A stretch of DNA of 64,000 nucleotides from a virus. A program made the translations under genes and the position numbers. The stretch lies in IMG/VR virus record IMGVR_UViG_3300028394_000038; one strand, given 5' to 3'. Below, piece by piece: positions 25,615-36,417 of this stretch. How positions within the stretch are numbered: the first letter of the stretch is position 1; the number at the start of each line of letters is the position of its first letter. The notes below the pieces were generated by a model, which was not told the origin of the DNA, made no database searches, and was given only the letters and a program-made list of their open reading frames with translations.

Positions 25615-26229
25615 ATGGCCGATATCAAACACATTGGAAGGTTCAAGTCAAACGGACGTAAATGTCTGATTGCCTATAGAACACTGCCCGGTGAGAGTGA
25701 TTCTGCATTGGTTATCCAAACTGAAAACTTAACTGATGAAAACCACGACTCACTAATGAAGTTAGTTGAGTCACAGGGTGCTCAATCAAGTTATGAATTT
25801 GCAGAAGTCCTAGCACGAACAAGGTTCCAGGACGGTAGTATTATGCTGTCTAACTTACACGTTAATAAAAAATTACTTAAAGTAAAGACTAGCGATATTG
25901 AAGTAATTCCAAATATGAAAGCTGTTATTAGTTTAGATCAACTAAACCAATTAATTGCTGAACAAAAGGGAATTAGTGTCAATGATCTAGCATTAGGTAA
26001 TCAAACATCTATACAAGATGTTGCTAAAGTAAATGATCTAACAGTTGAAGAAGAAACTGTTCCACAAAAAGCATTTGAAACTAAACAATTAGATCAACCA
26101 CTTACTGATACAGACCTTGCAAAGAAATATCGTTCTGATGCAGATCGCCTTAGTAAGGAAGCGGCTCAACTTCGTAGGATGGCCGAAGAGCTAGTTCCAA
26201 CAAAGAAGAAAGCTGCCGTTGACGAGTGA
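25615..26229 (+). CDS. Hypothetical protein
   Basis: 204-aa ORF with a C-terminal coiled coil. Confidence 0.7.
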   Translation: MADIKHIGRFKSNGRKCLIAYRTLPGESDSALVIQTENLTDENHDSLMKLVESQGAQSSYEFAEVLARTRFQDGSIMLSNLHVNKKLLKVKTSDIEVIPNMKAVISLDQLNQLIAEQKGISVNDLALGNQTSIQDVAKVNDLTVEEETVPQKAFETKQLDQPLTDTDLAKKYRSDADRLSKEAAQLRRMAEELVPTKKKAAVDE

Positions 26230-26546
26230 CAAAAAAGTCTTTGCCTAAAGACGTAGTCGAGTCGTGGCCAGAGATTTTTAGTGATATAGATGTTCGTGCA
26301 ATACCGTTAGAGTATCTTGATTCCATACGAATCATTTTTGAAAACGGTAAAGTCTGGGACATAGACATTGCCAAATACGCTAAACACTCCGGCGAAGAAG
26401 ACTTAGAAGGTCATCTTAAAGAACTACTCAGCAACTACGAAGAGTCTATACAACATATAGACTTTCGTTTAGACGTCGCTAAAGTTAAAAAAGATGTAAT
26501 AAAACAAACTAAGAGTTTTCTTAAAAAACCAAAAAGAGAAAAATGA
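26226..26546 (+). CDS. Hypothetical protein
   Basis: GTGA-coupled ORF. Confidence 0.65.
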   Translation: MTKKSLPKDVVESWPEIFSDIDVRAIPLEYLDSIRIIFENGKVWDIDIAKYAKHSGEEDLEGHLKELLSNYEESIQHIDFRLDVAKVKKDVIKQTKSFLKKPKREK

Positions 26547-27079
26547 TAGCAGGAATGTTTGCAGTAGATAGTGTCGGAGGAATGGGCTGGAAAGGTTCTA
26601 TGCCTTGGCCTAATAACCCCGACGATATGAAATGGTTTAAAGCCACTACACAAAATCAAATTGTTGTCATGGGTAGAAAAACTTGGGATAGTCCCGATAT
26701 GCCAAGTCCGCTACCCGGTAGACATAACGTAGTGTTTACCAATAACTTTTTTGATCAAGACGATATTGAACAAATACGTGGCGATGTTTGCGAAGCATTG
26801 GTAAGTTTAAAAAGCCATAATAAAAGAAAAAATGTTTTTATTATTGGTGGTCCTAATTTGCTCATGCAAAGTAGACCAGTTTTAGAACGTGTTTATCTTA
26901 CTCGAATATCAGGTGGTTATTTAAACGATACTACTATCGATATAGTAGACTTCTTAGACGGAATGGTATTACACCAAACTGTTAACCTTGGATCTTGTAT
27001 AGTAGAAGAATATCATAATGAAGCAATATCATCAAGCGTTAAAGCATATACTAACAAACGGAAAAAACAAGACCGATAG
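26543..27079 (+). CDS. folA: Dihydrofolate reductase
   Basis: [37 protein letters not shown]. Confidence 0.93.
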   Translation: MIAGMFAVDSVGGMGWKGSMPWPNNPDDMKWFKATTQNQIVVMGRKTWDSPDMPSPLPGRHNVVFTNNFFDQDDIEQIRGDVCEALVSLKSHNKRKNVFIIGGPNLLMQSRPVLERVYLTRISGGYLNDTTIDIVDFLDGMVLHQTVNLGSCIVEEYHNEAISSSVKAYTNKRKKQDR

Positions 27080-27917
27080 AACGGGGGTAGGAACCCGTAG
27101 CGTATTTGGTTATCAAATGCGTTTTAATCTGCAAGAAGGTTTTCCAGCTACAACTACTAAGAAGCTCGCCTGGCGAGCGGTTGTAAGCGAACTCCTCTGG
27201 TTCTTAGAGGGTAGTAGCGATGAACGCCGGCTTGCGGAAATCCTACATGGTACTCGAGATCCTTCTAAGAAAACAATATGGACTGCCAATGCTGAAGCAG
27301 ACTATTGGAAACCTAAGGCAAGATTTGAAGGAGACTTAGGCCGGGTATATGGCGTACAATGGCGCGATTGGATATCTCATACACCCGAAGGTGATCCCGA
27401 CATTGATGATGAATACGGCAAAACATATTTTGACCCTATATACAAACACATTGATCAAATAGAAAAACTTATTGAAGGTTTAAAACAAGATCCTGATGGG
27501 CGTAGACATATTCTTAGTGCATGGAATGTAGGTGAGTTAGATCAAATGGCATTGCCGCCGTGTCACGTTATGGCACAGTTTGATGTTACAGATGGTCATT
27601 TAAGCTGTCAACTGTATCAACGTAGCTGTGACATGTTTTTAGGAGTGCCTTTTAATATTGCCAGTTATAGTTTACTAGTTCATATCATTGCTCGCGAGTG
27701 CGGTTTTAAGGTTGGAGATTTTGTTTGGACTGGCGGTGATTGCCATATCTATAATAATCACTTTGATGCTGTAAAAGAACAGCTGGCTAGAGAGCCTAAA
27801 GCATTGCCTATACTAGTGTTTACAGAAGGCAAAAAAATCGCCGACTATAACATCGACGATTTTGTATTACAAAACTATAATCCTGATCCAGCCATTAAAG
27901 CTGAAATGGCTGTTTAA
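27018..27917 (+). CDS. thyA: Thymidylate synthase
   Basis: DRTGVGT, ELLWFL.G, YGVQWR, RR...[30 protein letters not shown]. Confidence 0.97.
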   Translation: MKQYHQALKHILTNGKNKTDRTGVGTRSVFGYQMRFNLQEGFPATTTKKLAWRAVVSELLWFLEGSSDERRLAEILHGTRDPSKKTIWTANAEADYWKPKARFEGDLGRVYGVQWRDWISHTPEGDPDIDDEYGKTYFDPIYKHIDQIEKLIEGLKQDPDGRRHILSAWNVGELDQMALPPCHVMAQFDVTDGHLSCQLYQRSCDMFLGVPFNIASYSLLVHIIARECGFKVGDFVWTGGDCHIYNNHFDAVKEQLAREPKALPILVFTEGKKIADYNIDDFVLQNYNPDPAIKAEMAV

Positions 27918-30900
27918 CGTATAAACGCTTCTATTACTTTGACTCCGGTATCATCACTAGATTCTAAAGCAATAGCAAATACATCATTGGCATGGGGTAC
28001 AGCGGCTACAGCACAACCGTCATTGGCTGCTACTAGTCGTTGGCCTTTACGTACAGAACCAATTACCTTAACAGGAACTCTTCCTTTTAGTGCAACTGCC
28101 ACACCACCTTCTAGATCTTTATTCATTAGATAAGCAGGTTTATCGCTAACTACACCAATTGCTAAATCACCGTATCTACTAGCAGTAACTTCTTTTTCAC
28201 CGCCAATAGTTAATACTGTTCCAACTTCATAATCAGCATCTGGTAGATATTTTTCTGCCAAGTCAGCAAAGTATGCTTCGGTTGACACACCAATAAATTT
28301 GTCTGCTGTAATCCAGTTAGCACTAAAGTCGCCGCTACTGTTTCTAGCTACTAGTGTGCTGGCAACGTTACTTGTACTAGCGTTAACGCTAATTTTAACG
28401 TTATCGCCAGGTCCTGGCGAATATGCTGCCAATCCTTCATTTAATGATATATAATTTCCAGCAGTTAATTGCCCAACATAATTTAAACCAGATAAATTAG
28501 AACCGCTTAATTGGAAATCATCAGCAAACGCGGCTGAAATAGTAATAGCACCGCTACCATCAAAATTAGCTGTACCTTTTAAAATGCCGCCTAATGCTAT
28601 GGCTCTAGCTTGTTGTAGTTTATCAGCAGTTGCCGCTTTACCTGTAAAGTAAGCACTAGTACCACTACCAGTTCCCTGACTTAAAACTACTGTACCGTTT
28701 GGTGATAATACATCGCCGTTTAATCGAGCAATTACAGTACCATATCCGTTAGTACTATCGCCAAGCGTAAGTTTATTTTGGTTAGTATCATATGAGAATG
28801 TTGTTTGGTCTGCATAGATACTTCTTGGTTGACTTCCTGTACCAGGTAACCCGCCTGTAACAAATACAGGATAGAATGTACCAATATCTGTTGGTTTATC
28901 AGCAACTAAAATTTGAGATGAATTACCTACACTAATTTGTGCTAAATTTTTCCATTCTGGAACTGTTCCTGTACTAGATAATACATACCCTACTGAACCA
29001 ATTGAAAGATAATTAGTAGTATTTCCAGCTGTTTGATAAGGTATATCTCCTAATGCACCGTCGGATAAATTTTTAGCCTTAGTAGCTGTTGCCGCATTAC
29101 CGCCGATGCCGTTACCGTTGTCTGTTGCTACAATAGTTAATGAGCCAGCGCCGACGACTGTTTGGCTTGAAAACCCAATTGTTAATGTATTCTGTCCCAA
29201 TGCAGGAGCATCAGGTGTAATAGCTGTAATCACTACATTACCAGTAATTGCCGTACCAGTTACTTTAGCACCCACTCTCCAATCAGCTAGCCCTTGGAAA
29301 GTCCAAGGTGCTAACGAAGTTCCTGAACCAGTAAATGAATCAACAAGAACTGTTATAGTTAATGCAATGTAATCAACGGCTGTAATTTTTCCAGACATTG
29401 TTATAGTGTCGCCGCTTTGGGTTTTAGTTATTTTAACCCTATCATTGACTTGCCATCCTGGTACTTTTTGTACTGTGAATGTTTTAGACCCAGTGCCAAC
29501 TGTAGTTTGTGTTACCGAGACAAGATCGTCGTATCCGTTTCCTGTAGGAACACTACCTGGATTAGCAAATGTATTAACATTTGATACAATAATAGTAGTA
29601 GAAGTTGCGGCGCCACTTGTTCCAACTAATGTAGCATTGCTGTTAGTAAGAGCAATTGGTACTGCTGTTGGTGCAATATTGATGTTCCATGTGGAATTAG
29701 CTGTTGCACCAACTCCATCTGTGCGCGGTACCTTAAGGTTAGATCTTGCTTGTGTATCTGTACTAGCGTTTGTGCCACCGGCAGCAATTCCTAGAATGCC
29801 GCCAACACCAAACTTAGCATCAACATATGATTTAGGTACAGCCTGTTGATCAGTAGTAACTGTTCCAGTTAATGTAACTGTTGCATATGTTGGATCTGTT
29901 GGTTTTCCAACTATATCAGTATACTCAATATTAATATTGCCGCTACCGTCAAATGGTTTTCCGTTAATATTTCGAGGAGTTTTTAATACTGTAGCTGTAG
30001 ACGCATTACCGGCAAATGTGTCTGCTGAAATTGTACTAGTTCCGTCATTGTTTCTTTTACGTGCTACTAGTGTATCTCCACTATTAGTTGCCATAAAACT
30101 AGCTTGAAGATATGATGTGCCAACTTTTAGTGAATTAGCCTGTGTTGCTGTTCCATCAAAAGTTGTAGCATATACAGTAGCCCATTTAGCACTAGTGCTA
30201 CCCAAGTTAAATGCAGAACTTGTTGCATCCGGTCTAATACCGTATTGGTCAATTATTAATGGAAATACTGGAGTTGTATTTTGTTTAACCGAGAATGTAA
30301 TGCGCTGGCCGCCAAGTCTAGCTGAAATTTGTGGTTGGTTAGCAATAACTTCAATTTTTAAATCGTCGTTTGCTCCTAAAGTAAGACCTTCATCAACGCT
30401 AATTTTTACTTGGTAAGGCAATGTTAATAAATTGTTTACTGGACTTAGGTATTCAGATGGAAGTTTGCCGCCAAAACGCAATGCATTTGATACTGTTCCC
30501 CAAACTTTATATGTTCCGCCGCCGTTAGATCCGCTTATGCCAACTGCGTCAACGTTAGGAAATGTAATTCCTCGTTTGATTTGTTTAGAAGAAGGATCTG
30601 TAAAACCTGTAATAGTACTATCTGGATCAGCAATGTTTAATACAAATTCGTCTTCAGATATGATAAAATTAACTGCACCATTAACTGTTGCGGCAATAAT
30701 TCCGTGCGGTGTTCCGCTAGCATCAACAACGTTGCGACTGACCATTTGTGTGATGCCTGTACCAGCATTTTGCGGGCCAACTGTTAACCAGTCTGCTGTC
30801 ACTCCACCAATTCTAACTTTTAACTGATCTTTATTTGAATCAAACCACAAGTCTCCCGGGGTAGGAAACGGTGGTTCTGTTGCGCTATATTCTGCACCTG

Positions 30901-31180
30901 TTAGGGTTTTCCACACTTTTGCACCAGTAGAAGTATCACCAGTATGTACTTTTATTTTTTTGTTAGTTGTATCGTACCATAGTTGTCCAGAAATAGCATT
31001 TGGTGGTGGAATTTGTCTTGCAAAATTTTCCAATAAATGCACAAATGTTTCGTTCTGAATTTCTCCGTAGCCGGCATAATTTTTACCGACTAACTGAATG
31101 TCAAGAGTTTGATCAACTGTACCATCTTGTACAGTTGTTATTACTGTTGCATTATTCCATCTGTTTATTGTATATGACAT
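27914..31180 (-). CDS. Tail fibre protein with C-terminal intramolecular-chaperone-like domain
   Basis: N-terminal [20 protein letters not shown]...GQLWYD anchor; G.A.TA..L..AR.I repeats; C-terminal ADLAEKY...[10 protein letters not shown]. Confidence 0.8.
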   Translation of the reverse strand: MSYTINRWNNATVITTVQDGTVDQTLDIQLVGKNYAGYGEIQNETFVHLLENFARQIPPPNAISGQLWYDTTNKKIKVHTGDTSTGAKVWKTLTGAEYSATEPPFPTPGDLWFDSNKDQLKVRIGGVTADWLTVGPQNAGTGITQMVSRNVVDASGTPHGIIAATVNGAVNFIISEDEFVLNIADPDSTITGFTDPSSKQIKRGITFPNVDAVGISGSNGGGTYKVWGTVSNALRFGGKLPSEYLSPVNNLLTLPYQVKISVDEGLTLGANDDLKIEVIANQPQISARLGGQRITFSVKQNTTPVFPLIIDQYGIRPDATSSAFNLGSTSAKWATVYATTFDGTATQANSLKVGTSYLQASFMATNSGDTLVARKRNNDGTSTISADTFAGNASTATVLKTPRNINGKPFDGSGNINIEYTDIVGKPTDPTYATVTLTGTVTTDQQAVPKSYVDAKFGVGGILGIAAGGTNASTDTQARSNLKVPRTDGVGATANSTWNINIAPTAVPIALTNSNATLVGTSGAATSTTIIVSNVNTFANPGSVPTGNGYDDLVSVTQTTVGTGSKTFTVQKVPGWQVNDRVKITKTQSGDTITMSGKITAVDYIALTITVLVDSFTGSGTSLAPWTFQGLADWRVGAKVTGTAITGNVVITAITPDAPALGQNTLTIGFSSQTVVGAGSLTIVATDNGNGIGGNAATATKAKNLSDGALGDIPYQTAGNTTNYLSIGSVGYVLSSTGTVPEWKNLAQISVGNSSQILVADKPTDIGTFYPVFVTGGLPGTGSQPRSIYADQTTFSYDTNQNKLTLGDSTNGYGTVIARLNGDVLSPNGTVVLSQGTGSGTSAYFTGKAATADKLQQARAIALGGILKGTANFDGSGAITISAAFADDFQLSGSNLSGLNYVGQLTAGNYISLNEGLAAYSPGPGDNVKISVNASTSNVASTLVARNSSGDFSANWITADKFIGVSTEAYFADLAEKYLPDADYEVGTVLTIGGEKEVTASRYGDLAIGVVSDKPAYLMNKDLEGGVAVALKGRVPVKVIGSVRKGQRLVAANDGCAVAAVPHANDVFAIALESSDDTGVKVIEAFIR

Positions 31181-31209
31181 CTAGTAGCCCCTAAAACTAA
31201 CGTTATTAT

Positions 31210-31216
31210 TATTTAT
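31210..31216 (-). promoter_or_regulatory. Putative late promoter ATAAATA
   Basis: Intergenic, upstream of the tail fibre start at 31180. Confidence 0.6.
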
Positions 31217-31230
31217 CGCTCTTTGTGCTT

Positions 31231-33312
31231 TTAAATTAATGCAAAAAGTTTCCAATTTGTGCTGTTGCCTGAAGGATTTGTTTGTCCTGCGGCCACACTT
31301 ACAATACAAATCCATTCTTTATAATCAAAAATTACAAGATCATTTACAGAATATGCTGTAGCATTATCCCAATTGCCCGCTGGAACATAATCAGTAATAT
31401 ATTCCCATGCTAGACTATTATCTGGTTGTTCTACGACCACAAATCTTTTATAAAATCTAGTAGTTACAATGCCAGCTGACGGTGCTGGAATAACTTGTGT
31501 TTCTATAATATCTTCTACTACTGACCAGTTATCATAGCTACCCTCGCCTTTGTTAACTGTGTTTTTACTAAATGCAATAGTTTCAGTGCCAGTTAATTCA
31601 GTACCTGTTTGTACCGGTTTATATTGTATAGGATTAACTACTATTGCTAAATGAGTTGCATGAATTTTAGCAATAGTTCCAACAATAGCAATACCTTGAG
31701 GATTATTAACTCCGTCATAGATAGAAGCAGTATATGTTAAAATTTCAACTATTTTTGCATTTGCCGCCTCAGTTCCTATTTGTGTTGTTATATCAAAATC
31801 ACTAATGTCTAGTGATAGTGAAATTGGGCGAATACTAACACGTTCGTCAACATATTTTTTATTGGCTGCATCTGTTAAATTACTAGTAACATAATTTAAG
31901 TTGGCTAAATTTGTAAGTGTTTTACCGTTAACGTTTATAACACTAGTAGCCGAAGATAATATTAATTCAGTTGTCCTACTAGTAATAATATTGCCAGTAA
32001 TGTTTAATCCAGCATCCATATTTAGAGTAGTTAAGTTACCTAGTGTTTTTAAACTAGAATTAATTACTGTAGTTCCTAAGGCAGTAGCCGATAATACAGG
32101 AGTATAGTTAATGTTATAATTTTTACCAGTAACTAAGTTAAAATTTTCTGAACTATCCCAACTGCTATGTGCATATGAGTATGTTAAAGTTTTATCAGTG
32201 GTACCGTGTAATGTAATTCCGCCGCCGTCGGCATCAGTATCAGTTACTACGCCAGTTGGTGATTTGTTCAATTCAATATTCTTATCTTCAACTTGTAAAG
32301 TAGTTGTATTAATTGTAAAACTATCACCTTCAATAGTTAAATTGCCCGAAACTTTTAAATCACCTTTAATGTCAACAGTCTTAGTAGGGGCTCGATTAAA
32401 AAATCCAATTCTTTGATTTATAGAATCAACATATATTGCGGTTTTTACACCGCCAACTGGTTGTTTTGTTTTTATTTCAATTGATCTACTTGACTCGTTA
32501 TTTTCAATAACGAAATTGCCGCCTTCAAGTTTTAAACTAGTATCACCTTGTGCCGATCCAGTGCCTGGATCTCCTCCTAGCAATCTAACGCCAGATGCTG
32601 ATTGTACTGTTAAAGAACCAACAATTGTACCGTCTTGGTTGTTATATAGTATATCGTCTGCTACTTTGGTTTCGCCTAATGCTGTGACTAGACCTTCTGC
32701 ACGAGAAACAGTAACATTAAATTTAGTACCAAGTAGAGTTCCTACTGAAAATCCAACTCCAATATTACCTGTAAATCCTTCAATTGCTAGTGCAGGAGTA
32801 AATGCACTATTGCTGAATATTCCCAATAATACTCCATTAACAAAAAGTTTAGCAACTACTTTAAGTCTATTATTAGTGTCAATAATATTGTCAATTAAAA
32901 ATCCTGACGTTTTTTGTTGTGCTGAATAAACTGGACCTGCTAATGTTAAATCAACACCGTCATAAAACCATAACTGATTTGTTTCATTATTAATCCATAA
33001 GTCGCCTGGAACTAGATTAAGAGGGCGAATTGAACTCACTAACGGGCCTCCGCTAGCTCTAAAAACATTTCCGTCATACACATTTACTCTACCAGTACTA
33101 GTATTATACCATAGTTGTCCTTTAATAGGATGTTCAGGTTCTGTACTGCTGGAAAAATTCTCTAGTAGCTTTACTAGGTTCTCATTAAACACCTGGCCAA
33201 AGTTTGTAACATTTTTTCCAATTAACGTAAGACTACTACTGCCGGTATCAAATTGACCGTCTGGAATCTCTGCTAATACGTTACCGTCAGTTTTATTAAT
33301 TTTATATGTCAT
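31231..33312 (-). CDS. Tail fibre/baseplate appendage with C-terminal carbohydrate-binding-like module
   Basis: Same N-terminal anchor as its neighbours; C-terminus W...TAY..ND.V......W......P.....W resembles CBM5/12. Confidence 0.75.
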   Translation of the reverse strand: MTYKINKTDGNVLAEIPDGQFDTGSSSLTLIGKNVTNFGQVFNENLVKLLENFSSSTEPEHPIKGQLWYNTSTGRVNVYDGNVFRASGGPLVSSIRPLNLVPGDLWINNETNQLWFYDGVDLTLAGPVYSAQQKTSGFLIDNIIDTNNRLKVVAKLFVNGVLLGIFSNSAFTPALAIEGFTGNIGVGFSVGTLLGTKFNVTVSRAEGLVTALGETKVADDILYNNQDGTIVGSLTVQSASGVRLLGGDPGTGSAQGDTSLKLEGGNFVIENNESSRSIEIKTKQPVGGVKTAIYVDSINQRIGFFNRAPTKTVDIKGDLKVSGNLTIEGDSFTINTTTLQVEDKNIELNKSPTGVVTDTDADGGGITLHGTTDKTLTYSYAHSSWDSSENFNLVTGKNYNINYTPVLSATALGTTVINSSLKTLGNLTTLNMDAGLNITGNIITSRTTELILSSATSVINVNGKTLTNLANLNYVTSNLTDAANKKYVDERVSIRPISLSLDISDFDITTQIGTEAANAKIVEILTYTASIYDGVNNPQGIAIVGTIAKIHATHLAIVVNPIQYKPVQTGTELTGTETIAFSKNTVNKGEGSYDNWSVVEDIIETQVIPAPSAGIVTTRFYKRFVVVEQPDNSLAWEYITDYVPAGNWDNATAYSVNDLVIFDYKEWICIVSVAAGQTNPSGNSTNWKLFALI

Positions 33313-35759
33313 TATTTGTAGTCCGAATCGTAATCTGTTAATTTACCTGTCCAAATAATCATATTTAGAGCTAGGAACGGGTTCATAATACTGAACGGTT
33401 GGCCAAATGGTCCACCAGCTGGTTCTGTTAATATGCCGCCGCTTGATCTTAAAAGTCTGCCTGTATCGTTTGCACCGCCTAATCCTTTAACTGGAATCGC
33501 ATCAGTATCAGCTAATTCTGTTGGGCTGTATGCGCCAAAGCGTCCATCTTTATTACCTGTTAAGTCATGTTCGTGATCTGGAAGATTGTTTACTGTTAAC
33601 TCCATCTGTTCGTCGCCTGCACCAATACGCACAACCGTAGGATCATTATAATCAATAGTTGCGTTTGGATCAGTTACTCTGCCGGCAGGGGTTGTGATAG
33701 TATCAATCTTTGAAGAAATACTATTTCTGTCAGGAACTTTTTTACCATTAAACATATTATCAGCACCAAGAGGAAATCTACCTCTTAAGTCGGGAAGTTT
33801 AAACGTATCAAATCCTTTTGTACCTAATGGATTAGTAGTAGCATCGTATGCATTAGAGTTACCATATAGTCCAGCGATCACATTATATAATGCTTCATAT
33901 CGTATCCTAGAAACTTCAGATCCGTCGCATAATAGCCACCCCATTGGTGCTTTGAGTCCAGCAAATGGTACAACAGTACCCACTGGTAGTTGTGGAATTG
34001 CTGAAAACAATGTATTCTTTTTAATTTTCTTAAGACCAGCAGTACCTTGGCTTATTAAGAAATCGTCGCCTTCGCCTAAACCGGCTGCTGTTGTTACTTC
34101 TAATTTGCCGGAAACAAATGTTTCACTAAGATTTGTAACAAACTGTTTTCTATTACCTAGTACACCGGCCGGACTAATAGTTCCGGCAATTGCTTGCGGA
34201 CCTGTTGCTGTTCCGTTAAAAGTTATATAAGTTTTTGTTCCTTCAATAACATTATATGTGCCGCGATACGCTACCGGAGTAATATTAGATACAACAACTA
34301 CTGTACCTGCTGGGAAAGGAACTACTGTCTGAGCATCGAATTCAAGTTTAATAATTGTTCCGTTGCCCGATGCGACTGTAGTGTTTACAGGATTAGTTCC
34401 TGTCTTTCCGTCAAACTCAATTTCGTTACTAGTTACATCGCCAATCATTTCAAATATGGTTGAACTAGCTAAGTTAGTAGCAGAACCGTCTATTGATCCT
34501 TTAACTGTTCCAATTAGTTTTCCGTTGAATTCAGTTGCGGCATATATTTTATTAGCATATATGTTATTAAATTGTTTGCCGTCTGCCAATGTAGGATCAG
34601 ATCCCAATGAAGAACCGTTATTGGTTGCTGGTGATATATTTGCTCCAACAGTAATTTTACCATCTAAACTAATGTCGCCGCCAACAAATAAATTCTTTTC
34701 AATACCTGCTCCGCCTGCTAGCTGAAATGCACCAGTTACAATACTAGTTGAGTTAGCAGTACCTTTGATGAATAACTGTCCCGAAGAGTCAGGGTTTTCT
34801 TCTGTTAGTCCAAGGCGTATATTTCCACTAATATCTAATGCTTCTTGTGGAGCAATATTATTAATACCAACACGTTCTTGGCTGTCTACTCGAATAACAA
34901 CACGTTCATTTCCGTTATTATTAACACGGATGTCTAGACTGGATCCGGATGTCTTTTGATAAATGTATCCGACGCCGTTGTCAACAGCAAGTTCCATCTG
35001 TCCGTCAGCACCAATTTGAATACCAGTGTTACTTTTAACGTTAAGACCTTTGTAGTTATTAGTGATAACGTCGCCACGTAGGAAGTTGTCTGCTTCTAAA
35101 CCTGTTGACAAATAACCGGATACAATTAGTTTACTAGCTTTTTCTGCTGTACCAAAGTAACCATTATATAAACTGCTAAGTGTCACACCAGCATAGATAT
35201 AAGGAAAACCAGGGAGTGTTGTTTTAGGTTGAAATTTATCAGTACTGAATATTGCTACTCTAAATCCGCCTACATAATTAGTAATAACGGTGCGTTCAAT
35301 ATTATCAGTATCTCTAAAACTTTCTGGTTCAGCTCCTGTTCTAGCTCCTGCACTAAAACGTGGACCAACTAAGATCCAACCTGATCCAGAGAATAAAAAT
35401 AATTGTTGTGTATCAGTATTAACCCATAAATCTCCAGGTAAGCTATTACCTGCATCGGGTTGATTTCCGCTTGATTTTTTAAGGCCGCCTGCGGCAACCC
35501 ACTGGGTTCCATCATATACATTTAATTGTTTTATACTAGCATTGGTATCATACCATAGCTGTCCTTTAACAGGATTAACAGGCTCGCTAGTGTTTGCAAA
35601 ATTTTCTAATAAATGTAAGAAATTTTCGCCAATTGCTTGGCCATAACCCGTTGTGTTTCTTCCTGGGAAGTTAAGACTAGTAACCGAATTCGTAGTATTA
35701 TCATCTACGGTTAGCGGAGTGTTGTTAATTTGATCGGTAAAACGAATTTGGTATGCCAT
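33312..35759 (-). CDS. Short tail fibre with phage tail-collar domain
   Basis: PVGTVVPFAG..AP.GWLLCDG.EVSR..Y..LY.VI...F.LPDLRGRFPLG, plus LP.H.H and PFLALNMII. Confidence 0.88.
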   Translation of the reverse strand: MAYQIRFTDQINNTPLTVDDNTTNSVTSLNFPGRNTTGYGQAIGENFLHLLENFANTSEPVNPVKGQLWYDTNASIKQLNVYDGTQWVAAGGLKKSSGNQPDAGNSLPGDLWVNTDTQQLFLFSGSGWILVGPRFSAGARTGAEPESFRDTDNIERTVITNYVGGFRVAIFSTDKFQPKTTLPGFPYIYAGVTLSSLYNGYFGTAEKASKLIVSGYLSTGLEADNFLRGDVITNNYKGLNVKSNTGIQIGADGQMELAVDNGVGYIYQKTSGSSLDIRVNNNGNERVVIRVDSQERVGINNIAPQEALDISGNIRLGLTEENPDSSGQLFIKGTANSTSIVTGAFQLAGGAGIEKNLFVGGDISLDGKITVGANISPATNNGSSLGSDPTLADGKQFNNIYANKIYAATEFNGKLIGTVKGSIDGSATNLASSTIFEMIGDVTSNEIEFDGKTGTNPVNTTVASGNGTIIKLEFDAQTVVPFPAGTVVVVSNITPVAYRGTYNVIEGTKTYITFNGTATGPQAIAGTISPAGVLGNRKQFVTNLSETFVSGKLEVTTAAGLGEGDDFLISQGTAGLKKIKKNTLFSAIPQLPVGTVVPFAGLKAPMGWLLCDGSEVSRIRYEALYNVIAGLYGNSNAYDATTNPLGTKGFDTFKLPDLRGRFPLGADNMFNGKKVPDRNSISSKIDTITTPAGRVTDPNATIDYNDPTVVRIGAGDEQMELTVNNLPDHEHDLTGNKDGRFGAYSPTELADTDAIPVKGLGGANDTGRLLRSSGGILTEPAGGPFGQPFSIMNPFLALNMIIWTGKLTDYDSDYK

Positions 35760-35761
35760 GT

Positions 35762-36376
35762 TTACGCTCCGTTAAAACCTGTTAGACTCTGTACTCTAAC
35801 TGTATAATCAATTTGAATTAAACGGTTTAATGATTTTTGTACTGGATGGAAAATAACGTGGGTTAGTAATTTTCCTGTCCCTGTTGGGCTATATGCTCTA
35901 AGGCCTAATTCATCAAATACGTATTCGCCGTCTAGGTATGTTGTATTGTCAAATGCTTCTTGGTTATTAGGCTCGCCGTAGTCTAACAAGCAAGTGACTA
36001 GAATATCTGTATAGTTTGTTCCTGTAACATGTCGGACATCAATCTTATTACGAGTCGGGTCAACGTTATTTGTGCTTCGATCGTTGACTACTTTAGTATA
36101 GGTTTCATTATATAAACTGCTGTTAGATCCCGTAGTATTTGGGGTCAAGTATGTAATAATTCCTGTTGGGTCCACTGCTGTGCCGCCGTTGCCAAAGCTC
36201 ATTTGATATATTGTTCCTATACCTTCGTTTGCGAGACTCTGTGCTAAGGCAATGCTCATATTCTCATAATGAATAGCATTGCGTTTGTTAACGATTACTT
36301 CTTGAGAAACGGGATCCCAAATTTTAATATGTCCTTGGAGTAATATTCCCGAATTTTCGTCTGGTTTTGTTGTCAT
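35762..36376 (-). CDS. Virion structural protein (baseplate/fibre attachment)
   Basis: FDELGL...LLTHVIF.PVQKS...IDYTVR; located in the tail operon. Confidence 0.65.
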   Translation of the reverse strand: MTTKPDENSGILLQGHIKIWDPVSQEVIVNKRNAIHYENMSIALAQSLANEGIGTIYQMSFGNGGTAVDPTGIITYLTPNTTGSNSSLYNETYTKVVNDRSTNNVDPTRNKIDVRHVTGTNYTDILVTCLLDYGEPNNQEAFDNTTYLDGEYVFDELGLRAYSPTGTGKLLTHVIFHPVQKSLNRLIQIDYTVRVQSLTGFNGA

Positions 36377-36397
36377 GTTGTTTTCACCTATACATTG

Positions 36398-36404
36398 TAT
36401 TTAT
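36398..36404 (-). promoter_or_regulatory. Putative late promoter ATAAATA
   Basis: Intergenic, upstream of start 36376. Confidence 0.6.
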
Positions 36405-36417
36405 TTTAATAGTTTTC

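Noticed and set aside
27018-27079. DHFR-ThyA 62-nt overlap as a programmed frameshift fusion
   Set aside because: ThyA has its own ATG and a typical MKQY start; no convincing slippery site with a downstream structure was seen; the DHFR tail looks like simple run-on.
27018-27917. ThyA as a dCMP hydroxymethylase partnering the glycosyltransferase
   Set aside because: It has canonical ThyA motifs including PFN (Asn specifies dUMP) and is paired with DHFR.
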